Of a DNA stretch of 64,000 bases, positions 61,907-64,000 are shown piece by piece. The position numbers and the translations under genes were made by a program. How positions within the stretch are numbered: the stretch's first letter is position 1; every line of letters starts with the position of its first letter. This stretch comes from Octopus sinensis. Its lineage: Eukaryota. The stretch lies in assembly GCF_006345805.1 (NCBI RefSeq), contig NC_043009.1, positions 63,984,001 to 64,048,000 on the forward strand, read 5' to 3'. Below the pieces are notes generated by a model that saw only the letters and a program-made list of their open reading frames with translations, was not told the DNA's origin and ran no database searches.

Positions 61907-61994
61907 GTCTAGTCTAACAAATCGACCCCAGTACTTATTTTTTATTAAAACCTCGTACTTTTTGTCGCACCACAACCCTTACCTTTTTCCAAGC

Positions 61995-62425
61995 TTTTAT
62001 GTGCCACCGGCATGAGGGCCAGTCAGGTGGTACTGGCAACAGCCACGCTCAAATGGTGTTTTTTACGTGCCACCTGCACAGGAACCAGTCCAGCGGCACT
62101 AGCAACAACCTCACTCGAATGTTTTCTAACGTGCCAGTAAGGCAACGCTGGTAATGATCACGCTTGAATGGTGCTTTTTACTTGCCTTCATCACAGAAGC
62201 CAGTTAGCTGCTCTGCAAAGATCACACTCGGATGGTGCTCTTAGCGCTCATCTAGCACGGATGCCAGTCATCGAATTTGATTTCGATTTCACTTGCCTCA
62301 ACAGGTCTTCACAAGCAGAGTTACATGTCTAATGAAGGAAAGGTACACATAAGTGGACTGGTTACACCCCTGGCATAGGCCACGAGGTTATGGTCTCACT
62401 TGGCTTGCTGGGTCTTCTCAAGCTG
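61995..62425 (-). mobile_element. family B internal subrepeat region
   Basis: Repeated ttttacgtgccacc.gcac units. Confidence 0.7.
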
Positions 62426-62664
62426 TCAAAGTTTACCATATACCTTACCACAAATTTCATACTTGACAACCCAATAGTATTTACATTTGGCATAAGCCCA
62501 TAACCCTTCCACATAAATTTTCGTTTCGTCAAGACTATTGAAAAGGTTGCAAGACGCAACGAAAATTTTAGGAAAATAAAAATGAGAAATAAGTGGAAAT
62601 TTTACCAGTGAGTGTGTAACATTATAAGGCACAAAAAGAAAATGACTCTCCCCAGACACAACAG

Positions 62665-62704
<40 letters not shown>

Positions 62705-63465
62705 TTCACACACACACCACTGAACTTGTAATGAAAATTACACAGTTATGTTTCGAAAACATTTCACCCAATCAAATTTAAATGCTTATTCGTTGATTTA
62801 AATTATATCACATAACATTAATGTACCTGTACAATCATGATTTAAATTCAGTATTCATTGCAGCTGTCTGACGGATGGGAATGTGAAACTCTTGAGTATC
62901 AGTTCTGTGACAATTTTGCAGCTTTAATAAAAAGTATATATATATAAAATTGTAGTGATGTGTGACTGGTTAGCTGAAAATTTACTTCTACAATTTATAG
63001 AAATGAAATAAAATTTCTGCTATAAAATCTCTATTGTTTAAATATTCTCTATATCTTACACTGTTTCTCTTATTATTTTCAGGATACTAGCTGACATAAA
63101 AATTATATTTACATCAGAAGCATCCTCAATATTTATCATCTTTTCAAGGCAAAGGAATATGTTATACAGAAGAAATATAACCATGCTTATATAAGTCTGG
63201 TGAATTATGGCGAAATATTGCTTCTGACTAAAATTATTAACATTTGTGTAATTCACTGTCTGGAATTAGTACAAAATAATTTTGCATTCTAAATAGACTC
63301 AGATAAATTTATAAAGGTCTTTGCAGTTTGATAGACATATAGCAGAAGGAATATTTGTTAGAAATAAATTATATAAAAGGAAAACAAGCAACATATATAC
63401 TGTGGTGTGAGAAGAAAAGTTTTTTGGTTAAATGAGTTGAAAGATTGAGTTTTTATCCCGAAGAA

Positions 63466-64000
63466 ATGGCAAAAAACTTAGCAAAGTCTTCATATGAATG
63501 TGATATCTGTAAAAAGTCATTCACTACAAAAGGCCATCTTACTACTCATGTACGTATTCATACAGGAGAGAAACCATATCACTGTGATATCTGTGGGAAG
63601 TCATTCAATCAGAATGGTGAATTAACTATTCATAAACGTCTTCATACGGGAGAGAAACCATATCAGTGTGATATCTGTGGTCAATCATTCACTCGTAAAG
63701 ATATTTTAACTACACACAGACGTATTCACACAGGAGAGAAACCATATCAGTGTGATATGTGCTGTAAATCCTTCTCTAAAAGTACTAACTTAACCGATCA
63801 CAAACGCATTCATACCGGAGAAAAGCCATACCAATGTGATTTCTGCGGTAAATCATTCAATCAAAATAACCAGTTAATTAAACACAAGCGTATTCATACG
63901 GGAGAAAAGCCTTATCACTGTGATATCTGTGACAAATCATTCTCTCGAAATGATGAATTAATTGCTCACAAACACATTCATACAGGTGAGAAGCCTTATC
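63466..64000 (+). CDS. C2H2 zinc-finger gene g8 (3'-partial; missing from the ORF track because it runs off the window)
   Basis: ATG at 63466: [28 protein letters not shown]...; six complete fingers with no stop to 64000. Confidence 0.93.
   Translation, partial: MAKNLAKSSYECDICKKSFTTKGHLTTHVRIHTGEKPYHCDICGKSFNQNGELTIHKRLHTGEKPYQCDICGQSFTRKDILTTHRRIHTGEKPYQCDMCCKSFSKSTNLTDHKRIHTGEKPYQCDFCGKSFNQNNQLIKHKRIHTGEKPYHCDICDKSFSRNDELIAHKHIHTGEKPY

Overview
Eukaryotic, AT-rich, repeat-dense DNA. The SINE families and zinc-finger style look like octopus (coleoid cephalopod); this is recognition, not a database result. The window holds a tandem cluster of eight paralogous C2H2 zinc-finger genes (g1-g8, orientation + + + - - + + +). 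g1 and g8 are cut by the window edges. g2-g8 share one plan: a conserved short non-coding first exon with a GTRAGT donor, a 2-4.3 kb transposon-filled intron, then one exon with a 330-520 nt leader and the whole CDS (MAKxLxKSS followed directly by fingers, no effector domain). Most copies also keep a conserved 3' block with AATAAA. The main pattern is a near-invariant four-finger core (RKDILTT / KSTNLTD / Q[NS]NQLIK / RNDELT) flanked by variable fingers that are shuffled, gene-converted and truncated; every lesion seen falls after the core. Introns and spacers hold tRNA-SINEs (including a dimeric form moving as one unit), RTE-like LINE relics, gag-like ORF1 relics, Helitrons, Merlin, hAT, Tc1/mariner and Penelope-like fragments. 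All alignments were done by eye, so repeat boundaries are approximate unless a target-site duplication (TSD) or terminus is quoted.
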